64,000 nt of DNA from Pyrobaculum sp. (lineage in GTDB: Archaea; Thermoproteota; Thermoprotei; Thermoproteales; Thermoproteaceae): positions 8,115-72,114 of the forward strand of contig DAITPC010000002.1 of NCBI GenBank assembly GCA_036833835.1, given 5' to 3'. The notes below the pieces were generated by a model that did no database searches, was not told the DNA's origin, and saw only the letters and a program-made list of their open reading frames with translations. Positions 53,039 through 62,516 of the stretch are shown here, piece by piece; the stretch's first letter is position 1; the number at the start of each line of letters is the position of its first letter. The translations under genes and the position numbers were made by a program.

Positions 53039-55405
53039 CTAAGCCCTCTTCAGTTTCAGGGCGTTGGCCGTGACGGTGATGCTACTCAGAGACATGGCCA
53101 GCCCCGCGAGCTCCGGCCTGAGATGGAAGACGGGGTAGAACAGCCCGGCGGCGACCGGTATCAGAGCCACGTTATACGCAAAAGCCCAGAAGAGGTTGAA
53201 CTTGGCGTTAGACACCACGCGCCGGGAGAGCTGGAGGAACTCCACAACCTTAGACAAGTCCCCCCTGGCCACCACCACGTCGCCAGCTTCCTTGGCCACC
53301 TCAGTGCCGCCGCTGACCGCGACGCCCACATCCGCCGTGGCGAGGGCAGGTGTGTCGTTAACGCCGTCACCCACGAAGACCACGCCCCCCTCCCTCAGCT
53401 TCTTCACGATCTCGGCCTTCTTCTCAGGCTCGGCGCCGCCGAAGTACCTAGAGATGCCCAGCTTGGCGGCCACGGCGGCCACGGCGCGTTCGTTATCGCC
53501 GGACACCACCACGGGCTCAAGCCCCATCGACCTAAGCCTCTGGACGGCCGCCGCCGCGTCGGGCCTCAGCTCGTCTCCAATAGCCACAAGCCCCCTGACT
53601 CTGCCCTCCACTGCCACATACACAACTGAAAGTCCCTGGGACCTAAGCTCCTCAGCCAGTCGCCTCATGTCCTGGGGCACCTCAGCGCCGAGGGCCTCCA
53701 TCAGCTTCTCGTTGCCAACGCCGACGGACTTGCCGTTAACAGAGGCGTAGATGCCCATCCTCGGGAAGGAGTCGTAGGAGTCCGGCGGGCGTACCGCCAA
53801 GCCCAGCTCGGAGACGTAGTCCACAAGCGCCCGGGCGAGGGGATGCGTGGACTTGGACTCGGCGGAGGCGGCGTAGGCCAGCGCCCCCACGTCGCCTACG
53901 TACTTCACCACCCGTGGGGACCCCCGGGTCAACGTTCCCGTCTTGTCGAAGGCGACGAACCGCGCCTTTAAAACCTTCTCGAAGGCCTCGGGGTTCTTTA
54001 CGAGGAGCCCCTTCTCCGCGGCGCGGCCGACGCCTACGACGACCGCCAGCGGTGTCGCGAGGCCGAGGGCGCATGGGCAAGCCACCACGAGGACAGACGC
54101 CACAAAGAGCAGGGCCTGGCCCGGCGGCGCCCCCCGCAGGACCCACGCCGCGAAGGTGGCCGCCGCCACAGCCAAGACGACCCAGGTGAAGACGCCGGCG
54201 ACGCGGTCGGCCAGCCTCTGTATGGGGAGCCTCGCGTTTTGGGCCTGTCTAACGAGCTTGATCACCTCCGCCAAGTAGGTATGAGCGCCAGATCTGGTAG
54301 TTCTCAGCACAAGACGGCCCCTAACAAGCAGAGTGCCTGCCAGCGCCAGATCCCCTGGTTTTTTCTCCACAGGCATAGGCTCGCCGGTGAAGGTTGATTC
54401 ATCCACATATCCTCCGCCCTCTTCCACATATCCGTCCACCGGTATCCTCTCCCCCTCCCTAACCTCCACCAGCTGGCCCGGCTTGACCTGAGCCGGGTCT
54501 AGCTTTATGAAGTCTTCGCCGGTTTTTACCCGCGCTTTAGGAGGAGTCATCTGCGCCAGCTTCCTCACCACGTCTCCAGTCCTAAGCTTCATCCGGCTTT
54601 CTATATACCTCCCGGCGAGGACAAACGTAATCACGGCGGCAGACGCCTCGAAATACGTGTGAACACCTGTCAACGCGGCGTATGCGCTGTAGAGAAACGT
54701 GGAGAGTGTGCCCAACGCCACCAAGGTGTCCATGTTAGCCGTCCAGTTTCTGAAGGCCCTATATGCGCCGGCGAGGAACCTCCAGCCAGAGAAAAACTGA
54801 ACCACAGACGCCAAAGCCAGCTGGACTAAGGGAGGCACAAAGGGAAAGACCATAGACGCCATAAGAGCCGCCGTGATGGGCACCGCCGGGATGAGCCTCA
54901 ATGCGAGATCTTTAGCCTCTCTCTCGGCGGCTTTCTTATCCACGTCGACGTCCACATCAGACCTCGAAACCTCGCCTACCCTGAACCCGGCCTTCCTCAA
55001 GGCCTCTGCGACATCTTCGGGATTTACCTCCAGCGGGTTATACTCTATATACAAAACTGCTGTGGCGGGGTTAAACGAGGCTTTAAACACGCCCCACAGC
55101 CGCGCCGCCCGCTCCACGGCTGCCGCATCTTCCGGCCGCGCCCCGGGCACCGAGATATACGCCGCCTCCCTATACACATCGTAGCCCACTTTTCTAACAG
55201 CCTTCAGCAGCTCCCCGTAGTCCAGCTCAGGGCCGGCCAACACCTTAGCTTCGTTGCTTGCCAGCGACGCCTCCGCCCACCTGACCCCCCTCACCGAGAG
55301 CAAAGCCCTATGCACGGTCAACGAGCAGGTGGCGCAGTGCATCCCCAAGATCTTCAAAACGGTCTCCCGCCCTCCTAACCTGACTCCAACTTTAACCTCT
55401 TGCAT
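53039..55405 (-). CDS. copA: copper-translocating P1B-type ATPase
   Basis: It has an N-terminal HMA domain with CATCSLTV, a second HMA-like domain, the TM CPC motif (VACPCALGLATP), DKTGTLT and GDGVNDTPAL. Confidence 0.95.
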   Translation of the reverse strand: MQEVKVGVRLGGRETVLKILGMHCATCSLTVHRALLSVRGVRWAEASLASNEAKVLAGPELDYGELLKAVRKVGYDVYREAAYISVPGARPEDAAAVERAARLWGVFKASFNPATAVLYIEYNPLEVNPEDVAEALRKAGFRVGEVSRSDVDVDVDKKAAEREAKDLALRLIPAVPITAALMASMVFPFVPPLVQLALASVVQFFSGWRFLAGAYRAFRNWTANMDTLVALGTLSTFLYSAYAALTGVHTYFEASAAVITFVLAGRYIESRMKLRTGDVVRKLAQMTPPKARVKTGEDFIKLDPAQVKPGQLVEVREGERIPVDGYVEEGGGYVDESTFTGEPMPVEKKPGDLALAGTLLVRGRLVLRTTRSGAHTYLAEVIKLVRQAQNARLPIQRLADRVAGVFTWVVLAVAAATFAAWVLRGAPPGQALLFVASVLVVACPCALGLATPLAVVVGVGRAAEKGLLVKNPEAFEKVLKARFVAFDKTGTLTRGSPRVVKYVGDVGALAYAASAESKSTHPLARALVDYVSELGLAVRPPDSYDSFPRMGIYASVNGKSVGVGNEKLMEALGAEVPQDMRRLAEELRSQGLSVVYVAVEGRVRGLVAIGDELRPDAAAAVQRLRSMGLEPVVVSGDNERAVAAVAAKLGISRYFGGAEPEKKAEIVKKLREGGVVFVGDGVNDTPALATADVGVAVSGGTEVAKEAGDVVVARGDLSKVVEFLQLSRRVVSNAKFNLFWAFAYNVALIPVAAGLFYPVFHLRPELAGLAMSLSSITVTANALKLKRA

Positions 55406-55578
55406 TAATGGTGATGCGGCATGCCCTGTGGGCCGTGTTGCAGGTAGTACTCAGGTCTCTTTTCGAACTCCTCTTTACACATGGGGGAACAGAAATAGTA
55501 GACCTTGCCCTTGTACAGCGCCTTGTACTTGGCCTTGGCAGGTTCTACCTCCATCCCACACACCGGGTCAACAGCCAT
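55405..55578 (-). CDS. YHS/TRASH-domain metal-binding protein (copper chaperone-like) with His-rich tail
   Basis: MAVDPVCGMEVEPAKAKYKALYKGKVYYFCSPMCKEEFEKRPEYY...GMPHHH. Its stop overlaps the copA ATG (TAATG). Confidence 0.8.
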   Translation of the reverse strand: MAVDPVCGMEVEPAKAKYKALYKGKVYYFCSPMCKEEFEKRPEYYLQHGPQGMPHHH

Positions 55579-55633
55579 GATAAAAACCCAGATTATGATT
55601 AATAAGTCTTCCATCGAAAGGCGTGAGAAACAC

Positions 55634-55642
55634 TTATATACA
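55634..55642 (+). promoter_or_regulatory. TATA-like box for the micro-ORF
   Basis: ttatataca lies 27 nt upstream of the ATG at 55661. Confidence 0.4.
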
Positions 55643-55660
55643 CATCTCGAGAGGGGTTCT

Positions 55661-55720
55661 ATGTGTGCGCCTCCGAAAAAGGTAGAGGAGAAGAAGAAAG
55701 AAGAGGAGAAGAAGAAATAA
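55661..55720 (+). CDS. leaderless 19-codon K/E-rich micro-ORF (speculative)
   Basis: It encodes MCAPPKKVEEKKKEEEKKK-stop. It has a TATA-like box at -27 and a T6 and T5 run immediately downstream (ggttttttaatctagcttttt). Confidence 0.3.
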   Translation: MCAPPKKVEEKKKEEEKKK

Positions 55721-55756
55721 GGTTTTTTAATCTAGCTTTTTCTGTAAGAAAAGTGG

Positions 55757-56352
55757 TTAGTTGATGCGTCTGCCGTGCCATTTATGAAACATAACAGCCC
55801 CGTTGTACCCGTTTATGCTAATCATCTGCATGTCGCCATCTGGCGTGGTGAAATGAATGGTGTAGTAGCCGGGAAATATACTTCTTTTACCTCAGCGCCT
55901 GGGAAATATGTTTCAAGCCACCTCTTTGCTATCGCCAGTGCTGTGGCGTTATCTATGTACATCGGCTGGCCTAGCCACATCATCAACTGCAGCTCCGGGT
56001 GGATGGCTCCGTTGGGGAGCACCAGTAGTTCTTGAAGTGGTTTTCCGTCTCTTCCAACGATTACATAATAATTGTATTGATATTTCTCCATTTCTAGCAC
56101 CTCAAGTCCTGTGGTTTTACTGACGTAATCAACCAGATTTGCATCGCTCGCATTATAGACCAGCCAACCTTCTGCTGGGCCGACCGCCATGGGACAACCT
56201 TGCCAACCTGCCCACCAAGTCATCCGGCGGCCCATCATCGGGTACCCTTGCCACCCCAGTGGGCTCGTTTGATATATGTATAGACCCCAAACGATCTACA
56301 TGGCGGCTCCCAACGCTACTCCTATGACCAGCGCAATTACAGCTATTTTCAC
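55757..56352 (-). pseudogene. PepSY-like secreted protein gene with an in-frame amber and a frameshift
   Basis: The GTG at 56352 opens KIAVIALVIGVALGAAM, followed by a TAG at 56296-56298. The same frame continues IVWGLYIYQTSPLGW...MMGRR... (ORF 55822..56238) up to ...AIAKRWLETYFPGAEVKEVYFP. A frame change near 55865-55875 then gives GYYTIHFTTPDGDMQMISINGYNGAVMFHKWHGRRIN, a typical PepSY ending, with its stop at 55757-55759. Confidence 0.45.
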
Positions 56353-56557
56353 TATTCAGTTCCATGTATAGCCGTAATGTGTGCCGATTTATGGTCTCTG
56401 TGAAATCGGGGTGGGTTTAGGTTTCGCTGAGGTGAAACACAACGGAGTTGCCCACGTTGCAACTGTTCCGCGCTTAGGTTTCGAAGAGGGTATAAATCCG
56501 CGTGGCTTTTCATGGCCTATGAGACAGCTTGGGATCTGGGCGTTGTTACTCGCTTGG

Positions 56558-57017
56558 TTAGGCTATGCGCAGTGTCCAACGTGCGGATAGTGGGGCGGCG
56601 GGTGGTGGAGTGGACCTTGGGACTTCCTCGGGTGGATTCTGGGGTTTGTGACCATGTTGCTGTTTCTTGGGTTGCTCACGTTGCTCTTTATTTGGCTCTA
56701 CAGACAGTTGTTTAGCCCTAAGACGCATAACTAACCTGCCCTGGTGTTTTTCCAAAATCACAAGGCCTTTTACCTGCAGTCTCTGGGCGGCTCTCCACGC
56801 CCTTAACTTGTTTAGCCCCAGCTCCTTTGCCACCGTTGTTACAAGAGCCTCGCCGCCTAGTTTTACTATACATATAATGAAACGGCTCCCTTAGCAGAGA
56901 TGTTTTAACCGAGGGGTCTATCTTGCCGTGAATCTCGCCTTCTCTCGTCTTAGGAGCCGTGAGCGCGTATATAGCAACGGCGAGCGTGGTAAGCGTCATG
57001 GAGAATATTATAAACAT
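56558..57017 (-). pseudogene. TM-anchored winged-helix protein, frameshifted
   Basis: MFIIFSMTLTTLAVAIYAL...SLLREPF (ORF 56718..57047) changes frame near 56870-56885 into ...IVKLGGEALVTTVAKELGLNKLRAWRAAQRLQVKGLVILEKHQGRLVMRL (ORF 56558..56833). A K/Q/P-rich tail follows. Confidence 0.4.
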
Positions 57018-57152
57018 TGGCGATGGGAATACACATCCACGGCACATATAAGCGACTAAAGAGTAGATAGGATAAGGACCACCAGTAGCAAAACCGGCAA
57101 AAGCCGCATAAAGATGAGGGCGTAGCTGTTAAAACGGTTTTGTCGCAGATGT

Positions 57153-57566
57153 CTAGGTCTTTAGATAGCGTTGGTGCGTTTCCATCATACAGGCGTTTTC
57201 AACGAGTGCAATCCCGGCCTCCTGTAGTCTCTTTTTTGACTCGTCGTCTGCCACTATACCTAGCTGGAGCCAGAGGATCTTGACGTCGCCGCGGCTCTTC
57301 TTTCTCTGGATGACCTCCTCCGCTATCTTAGGCACCTCCTCGCTGGGTCTGAAGACTTGCACCACCTCTACCTCGTCGGGCACCTCCATCAACGACTTGT
57401 AAGCTTTTTCGCCGAGTATTTCAGTTGCGGTGGGGTTTATGGGGATTATGCGGTAGCCGTGTTCTTTTAGGTATTTGGGGACTATGTGCGCCCATTTACT
57501 GGGATCTTTTGAGGCGCCTATCACCGCCACCAACCGGTATTGTTTCAACACCTCCACCGGGTCCAT
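57153..57566 (-). CDS. CoA-binding domain protein (YccU-like)
   Basis: 137 aa from the ATG at 57566: YRLVAVIGASKDPSKWAHIVPKYLKEHGYRIIPINP...VQVFRPSEEVP. Confidence 0.8.
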   Translation of the reverse strand: MDPVEVLKQYRLVAVIGASKDPSKWAHIVPKYLKEHGYRIIPINPTATEILGEKAYKSLMEVPDEVEVVQVFRPSEEVPKIAEEVIQRKKSRGDVKILWLQLGIVADDESKKRLQEAGIALVENACMMETHQRYLKT

Positions 57567-57611
57567 GTATCCCTCTCGTTGTTGCTTAAAAAGTGTAGAC
57601 GAGTAAGATGT

Positions 57612-57863
57612 GTGCACAGAGAAGAGGCCATAGTGTTTAGGCTCAAGTTCAGGAGGTATCTTGACGCAATCGAGTTTCTCCGGCGCGTTGCTGAGGTCGC
57701 CGAGCGGCTTAACCACCATCCAGATGTGGAGCTCCGATACGTCAACCTAACCCTTAGGCTGACTACGCACGACGCGGGCAACAGAGTCACGGAGAGGGAC
57801 CTAGAGATGGCTGGGGAGATCCAAAAATTGGTGGAGGAGTTCAGAGATAGGCTAGCGCAGTAG
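57612..57863 (+). CDS. pterin-4a-carbinolamine dehydratase (PCD/DCoH) family protein
   Basis: It has FRLKFRRYLDAIEFLRRVAEVAERLNHHPDVELRYVNLTLRLTTHDAGNRVTERDLEMA (HHPD core). The start is uncertain (ORF 57540..57863; GTG at 57612). Confidence 0.65.
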   Translation: MHREEAIVFRLKFRRYLDAIEFLRRVAEVAERLNHHPDVELRYVNLTLRLTTHDAGNRVTERDLEMAGEIQKLVEEFRDRLAQ

Positions 57864-59210
57864 CGTCAGAACTTTTTCCACAACTTCCTTGGGGTTTTTC
57901 CCCAACACCGTGATTATGGGCTCCTTTCCCAGATCCCCCCAGTCTACGATGAGGTCAGGCGTCTTGCCCCCAGTCTGTCTATACGCCTCTTCGATAATCC
58001 ACTGCATGGTGGCCCCCTCCCGTCTCTTTACCTCTTCCGGCTCATTCCGCCTATCGACATATGCGATCAACATGCCCAGCGCCTTGGCCCGCTCCAGGAG
58101 GGCTGGGTCCAGCCTGATGTTCATGGCGGCTCTGGCAGTGGGCTCGTGGGCCGCCGCGGCGAGCACCTTCCGCGCCAGGTGGTCGCTTGCGCCGAAGGTG
58201 GGGGGCCCGGAGGGCTTGGCCCGCCCCATGTAATTCACGATTCTCCCAGGCACGGCAATTACGTCGTTGCGATCTCTCGCGTATCGGAGGTCAATGGCAT
58301 ATGCCAAGTTGCTTTGTACCTCCGGTATGGCCCTTGCAAACTCCTCTGCGTGTTTCTCTATGTGTCTCAACGCCTCGTTCATCTCCTCGTAGGCCTTCCA
58401 CCTCTCCGCCGGTATTTCAAGCCATGCGGTGGGGTTGACCGCCCAGTGGCCCTTGCCCCGCGCCACGCCGTATTTGATAGCTGTGTAGATAAGCCGCTTC
58501 GCAGTTTTGATAGCCTCCAGAGGGTCCAGCCCCTTGGCCAGCCCGGCCGCGATGGCGGCTGAGTAGGAGCAGCCGGTGCCGTGGGTGGCACGGGAGTCCA
58601 GCTTGGGGGTGGATATCTCGTGGAAGGTGCCGCCGACATATACCACGTCAACTGCAACCTGCGTCTCGAGATGGCCGCCCTTTACCACCACGACCTCGGC
58701 GCCTAGCTTCCTGTGTATCGTCTCGGCGGCTTTCTTGGCGTCTTCCACGCCGACTATTTTCATGCCGGTGAGCTTCTCCGCCTCGTGGCGGTTCGGCGTA
58801 ACCACCTTAGCCACGGGGATGAGCCTCCTCCTCAGCACCTCCACCGCGTCTTCTGAGATGAGGGGGGCGCCGGACTTAGCCACCATGACGGGGTCCACCA
58901 CCAGGGGGAACCCCAGCCTAGACACTGCGGCGGCCACCTCCTCGATTATCTCCTTGGTGCCTAACATGCCGGTTTTCCCCGCGTCTATCCCCATGTCGTC
59001 CCACACGGCTATTATCTGCGACCGCACCAACGCCGGGGAGAGACACTGCGCCTCCCGCACCTCATAGGTGTTCTGCGCCGTGACGCAGGTGAGGGCCGTG
59101 GCGCCGTGGACCCCCAGCGCCGCGAAGGTCTTGACGTCGGCGTGGATCCCCGCGCCGCCTCCCGAGTCAAGCCCGGCGATTGTAATCGCTACTTTCCAAG
59201 ACATAAGCAA
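57852..59210 (-). CDS. thiDN: bifunctional HMP/HMP-P kinase plus ThiN-type thiamine-phosphate synthase
   Basis: The N-terminal ThiD part has [21 protein letters not shown] and [19 protein letters not shown]-terminal extension of about 180 aa is typical of the archaeal ThiN domain. Confidence 0.9.
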   Translation of the reverse strand: MLMSWKVAITIAGLDSGGGAGIHADVKTFAALGVHGATALTCVTAQNTYEVREAQCLSPALVRSQIIAVWDDMGIDAGKTGMLGTKEIIEEVAAAVSRLGFPLVVDPVMVAKSGAPLISEDAVEVLRRRLIPVAKVVTPNRHEAEKLTGMKIVGVEDAKKAAETIHRKLGAEVVVVKGGHLETQVAVDVVYVGGTFHEISTPKLDSRATHGTGCSYSAAIAAGLAKGLDPLEAIKTAKRLIYTAIKYGVARGKGHWAVNPTAWLEIPAERWKAYEEMNEALRHIEKHAEEFARAIPEVQSNLAYAIDLRYARDRNDVIAVPGRIVNYMGRAKPSGPPTFGASDHLARKVLAAAAHEPTARAAMNIRLDPALLERAKALGMLIAYVDRRNEPEEVKRREGATMQWIIEEAYRQTGGKTPDLIVDWGDLGKEPIITVLGKNPKEVVEKVLTLLR

Positions 59211-59216
59211 CTTTTT

Positions 59217-59945
59217 TTACTTAGATAAAAATATTTTGACCTCAGAAAGCAGGGGGATATCCCTCAGCATCTCCTCGGATACGTACTCCCAGAAGATACC
59301 CCTGGGCTTGAGGTCTCTCCTCGTCGTCCTTATCAGCCTCGTGGGCGTCGCTATTATGTCCACGGGCAGGTCGAAGGGCTCCCGGGGGATGTCGTCCTCT
59401 ACCAGCTGGACGTCGTGCACCGTGGTGGCGACTGGGGTATTCTCCCCCACCTTCCCGAAGCCGGAGAGGATTCCCCACTCGATCTCCGCGTAGCCATGGG
59501 ACTTGCCCAACCTCCTCCCCGTCTTGGGGTTCACGGCGACAGACCCCACCACCACCATATCCACCGGCGGGAGCTCCCAAGGCTTGACGGGTCTGCCCCA
59601 CTTGAAGGCGCCGGAGATGGTAGACGCCTCGCGGCGCGCGCCGCTGGGGATCCGGCCGGGGTCCAGCAGGAGGAAGCCCTCCCTTATCCTCGGCGTCGGC
59701 ATCACCACCGCCTTGCCCAGCGACAGCGCCAGCTCCCGACAGGGCCTCTGGGGGGCGTCCGGGTTTATCTTAAGGAGGCGGGCCCTCCTGAACTCCTCCG
59801 TAGCGGCGAGGTTCCGACACGCCTCCTCAGCCCCCTTGAAGTTGGGTATCCTGCCGTACACAGGCCTCGGGAAAGCCGCTATATCCCCCTCCTCCAGAAT
59901 CCGCCAGATGCGCTCCCTTATAGCCTGCTTAACCTCCTTAACCAC
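59217..59945 (-). CDS. 5-formyltetrahydrofolate cyclo-ligase family protein
   Basis: 242 aa. The N-terminal helix ([14 protein letters not shown]), INPDAPQ and a later [11 protein letters not shown] segment resemble the MTHFS family. Confidence 0.65.
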   Translation of the reverse strand: MVKEVKQAIRERIWRILEEGDIAAFPRPVYGRIPNFKGAEEACRNLAATEEFRRARLLKINPDAPQRPCRELALSLGKAVVMPTPRIREGFLLLDPGRIPSGARREASTISGAFKWGRPVKPWELPPVDMVVVGSVAVNPKTGRRLGKSHGYAEIEWGILSGFGKVGENTPVATTVHDVQLVEDDIPREPFDLPVDIIATPTRLIRTTRRDLKPRGIFWEYVSEEMLRDIPLLSEVKIFLSK

Positions 59946-59959
59946 GGCTTAACAACTAG

Positions 59960-61054
59960 CTATATTAAACACTGTACGTCCCGCAGAGCCCTCCTGAGGA
60001 CTGGGTCCGGCACCGTGTACAGCTCTCCCCGCTTCTCCAAGAAGCCGTAGTCCACCAAGTTGCGGAGGAGCTTCGTCACCTCGGAGTCGCTTATCGGCCT
60101 CCCCTCCTCTGCCTGCAGAAGCCTCTTCACGTCGGACCACCTGGCGCCCCCCGCAACGGCGGCTAGCTTAGCCACGGAGACGTAGCGCCGGGTCCCCATG
60201 TATCTCACGAAGTTGCAGAACTCCCCGGCGGCGACCTCCGCGGCCCGCTCTATAGTGACTTCCAGGGCGGTTCCAGGTTCTCGCAGAGCGTTGAGGCCGA
60301 AGTACGCGAGCCACCCCACCACGCCGCCGAGGGCCTCCACGGCCGCTTCCAGAAGTCTCTCCTCTACTGACGCGCCAGCCCGCCGGAAGCCCTCCCTCAG
60401 ATACTCAAGCGCCTGCTCCCTTGTGAAAGGCCTTATCTCTATCCTCTCGGCGTATCTCCCGTAGAGAGGCGACTCCGGGTCCTCCAGTCGCAGAAACCTC
60501 AGCAGAAGCCCAGCCTTGGAGCCCGTCAGAACCAGGGAGAGGTTTTTCAAGTTGTCGTATGCGTAGCCCAGCACCGGCAGTATCTGCCGTCCCTTCAGCT
60601 TGTATAGCTCTTGCGCCTCGTCTATGATGACCAGTAGCTTCTCGCCCCTCCCCTCCGCCCACTCGTCCAAGGCCTGCATAAGCTCCGAGAGACTGGGGGC
60701 GCCCCTCCCTGCCTCAAACCTTATGTCGACGCCAGCCACGGAGACGCCTCTCACCCTAGCCAGAAGCTCCCCAAGCCTTCTGTGAATTGGCAGAAGCCGT
60801 CTCAGCTCCCGGCGCAGAGCCTCCAGCAAATCGCCGTATGAGATGTAGGGCCTCTCCTCAAAAGCCCTCGCGTCTATGTAGATTCTGGCCATGCCGTACG
60901 TTCCCGCCTTCACCACGGAGGTTTTCCCAACCCGACGCATCCCCACCACCAAAACAAGCCGACGCACCTCCGCCGCGCGGCGTAGCTGTCCCAGCTCCTC
61001 CTCTCGGTCGAAAAGCTCCTCCGGCTTCTCCGCCGGTCTATCCAGAAACAACAT
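59960..61054 (-). CDS. archaeal AAA+ ATPase (Arch_ATPase family) with C-terminal winged helix
   Basis: It has the N-terminal F.DREEEL motif (LFDREEELGQL), Walker A (VGMRRVGKTS), Walker B (LVIIDEAQ) and a C-terminal wHTH (VTKLLRNLVDYGFLEKRGELYTV). Confidence 0.8.
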   Translation of the reverse strand: MLFLDRPAEKPEELFDREEELGQLRRAAEVRRLVLVVGMRRVGKTSVVKAGTYGMARIYIDARAFEERPYISYGDLLEALRRELRRLLPIHRRLGELLARVRGVSVAGVDIRFEAGRGAPSLSELMQALDEWAEGRGEKLLVIIDEAQELYKLKGRQILPVLGYAYDNLKNLSLVLTGSKAGLLLRFLRLEDPESPLYGRYAERIEIRPFTREQALEYLREGFRRAGASVEERLLEAAVEALGGVVGWLAYFGLNALREPGTALEVTIERAAEVAAGEFCNFVRYMGTRRYVSVAKLAAVAGGARWSDVKRLLQAEEGRPISDSEVTKLLRNLVDYGFLEKRGELYTVPDPVLRRALRDVQCLI

Positions 61055-61079
61055 AGGTATGTAGTAACTACATACCTAT
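61053..61079. promoter_or_regulatory. 27-bp perfect palindrome (13-bp arms) over the ATPase start codon, abutting a shared TATA box
   Basis: The sequence is ataggtatgtagt-a-actacatacctat. The ATG of gene 59960..61054 lies inside the left arm. The right arm runs into ctataaag, which is positioned as the TATA box for both divergent genes. Confidence 0.6.
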
Positions 61080-61121
61080 AAAGTTACCATCGCCATTTCC
61101 AAGCCGGGCTTTGTACGATCT

Positions 61122-61370
61122 GTGGACGCGGTGGCTGTTCTGCGGGAAGTGGCCAAGCAGCGCGGGCCGGAGATCGGGCTGTCTTACGTCATCTTCTTCG
61201 GCCCGGTGGCCCGCGGCGACTTGCAACCGCTCAGCGACGTGGACATCGCCGTGAAGTTCCGAGGCATGCCATCCATCCTAGCGCTGGGCAACAAGCTGGC
61301 AGATCTTGAAGACGCCTTCAGACGGCGGATAGACGTGGTACCTGCGGAGGATTACTCATGTTTGAGGTGA
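61122..61370 (+). CDS. minimal nucleotidyltransferase (MNT), no intact partner gene seen
   Basis: It has VIFFGPVARGDLQPLSDVDIAVKF. GTG start. The 430 nt downstream contain no ORF of 60 codons or more on this strand. Confidence 0.7.
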   Translation: MDAVAVLREVAKQRGPEIGLSYVIFFGPVARGDLQPLSDVDIAVKFRGMPSILALGNKLADLEDAFRRRIDVVPAEDYSCLR

Positions 61371-61800
61371 TGACTAAGCCTCCACAGCAGAGTTCTCCAT
61401 AGCGCCAGCCTCGTGGCGACAGGAACACCCCCGGCGAAATTCACACGCCCCTCAAAATCCTCCTCAACTTGTCCATGGAAATAGCGAACTTAACTGTGAG
61501 CTCTTTAAACGGCATCGCCTCAGCGACGGCCGGCGCCTCCGCGCCTAGCGAGATACCTCCTACTTGCCCCCCTTTGTGCCTGTCTTCAGCTAAGCCGGGT
61601 CGCACGCTTTGAGCAAGAACATCGAAATGAGCCTTTCCTCCGCCATTTCAAACCCACCGTCCGTCATATTTAGCAGGTTGCAGATGGGGACTTATGCCCA
61701 CAATAATGGCGCAGGGTATCTGCAAGCCCTAGAGAACCCTCCTCCGCGGAACCTCAACTGGGCTTTGGCAAACGCTATATAATGCCTCTAGTATTTAAGT

Positions 61801-62472
61801 ATGGTGAAGAAGCTAATTCTCCTCGTAGCGCTGGCAGTTGCCTTGACACAAGGCACGTTGGTCTCTGCGTCTTGGGAGACCTCAGTGGCCGGCGTAAACA
61901 TCACCGTTAGATACGCCGCGGAGGTGGAGATATCCACCGATAAGAGCTGGGTCCTTCTGCCTGGCGAAGAGGTGGAGCTTCGATGTAAGGCCTCCGGCGG
62001 AAACCTCACGTTGCAACTCGTCTTTCCGCAGAAGTTTCCAGGCCTAGGCGGCAAGGTCTGGCGGCATACGATGCCTCTCAACCCCGGCGAGGTTTACAGA
62101 GCTGAGTTTGAGGCGGCGCCTGGCATAAGGCTCAGGCTATACGCGGTGGTTAAACTACTTGCCCAAGTCGTTACGTCTGGCGCCGAGCCTCCTCTGTCGA
62201 AGACGGAGGTGCCCTGCGTCGTGCGGCTCAAAACCAGCGGCTCCGCCAAGTTTAACATCACCTTCCACGCGACGCCGACTGTAGGGGTGGAGGTCGCTGG
62301 GCCAGGTATTGCCATTACTTTATTTGAGCGGGATATAGCTGAGGTCCCCATGGCGCCTAGTCTCTCGGCAGAGGTCTACAGCATCGCGCCGGTTCTTGCC
62401 CTGGTAGTCGCCGCTGTCGTGACATCCGCCGTGTTGCTACGCCGCCGAGCCTCTCGTAAAAATGCAAAATAG
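61801..62472 (+). CDS. signal-peptide plus C-terminal TM-anchored surface protein, family unknown
   Basis: 223 aa. It has an N-terminal signal (MVKKLILLVALAVALTQG) and a C-terminal TM (VLALVVAAVVTSAVLL) followed by RRRASRK. Confidence 0.5.
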   Translation: MVKKLILLVALAVALTQGTLVSASWETSVAGVNITVRYAAEVEISTDKSWVLLPGEEVELRCKASGGNLTLQLVFPQKFPGLGGKVWRHTMPLNPGEVYRAEFEAAPGIRLRLYAVVKLLAQVVTSGAEPPLSKTEVPCVVRLKTSGSAKFNITFHATPTVGVEVAGPGIAITLFERDIAEVPMAPSLSAEVYSIAPVLALVVAAVVTSAVLLRRRASRKNAK

Positions 62473-62516
62473 CCATGTACCCGAAGTACATCAGGTTTTT
62501 AACAAGACTCCCCACC

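Noticed and set aside
10226-56298. A general recoding explanation (pyrrolysine or programmed amber read-through) for the five in-frame TAG codons.
   Set aside because: Four of the five lie in genes with additional frameshifts or stops. No pyl genes or suppressor tRNA are in the window. Only the lesion at 19460-19462 remains an open case.
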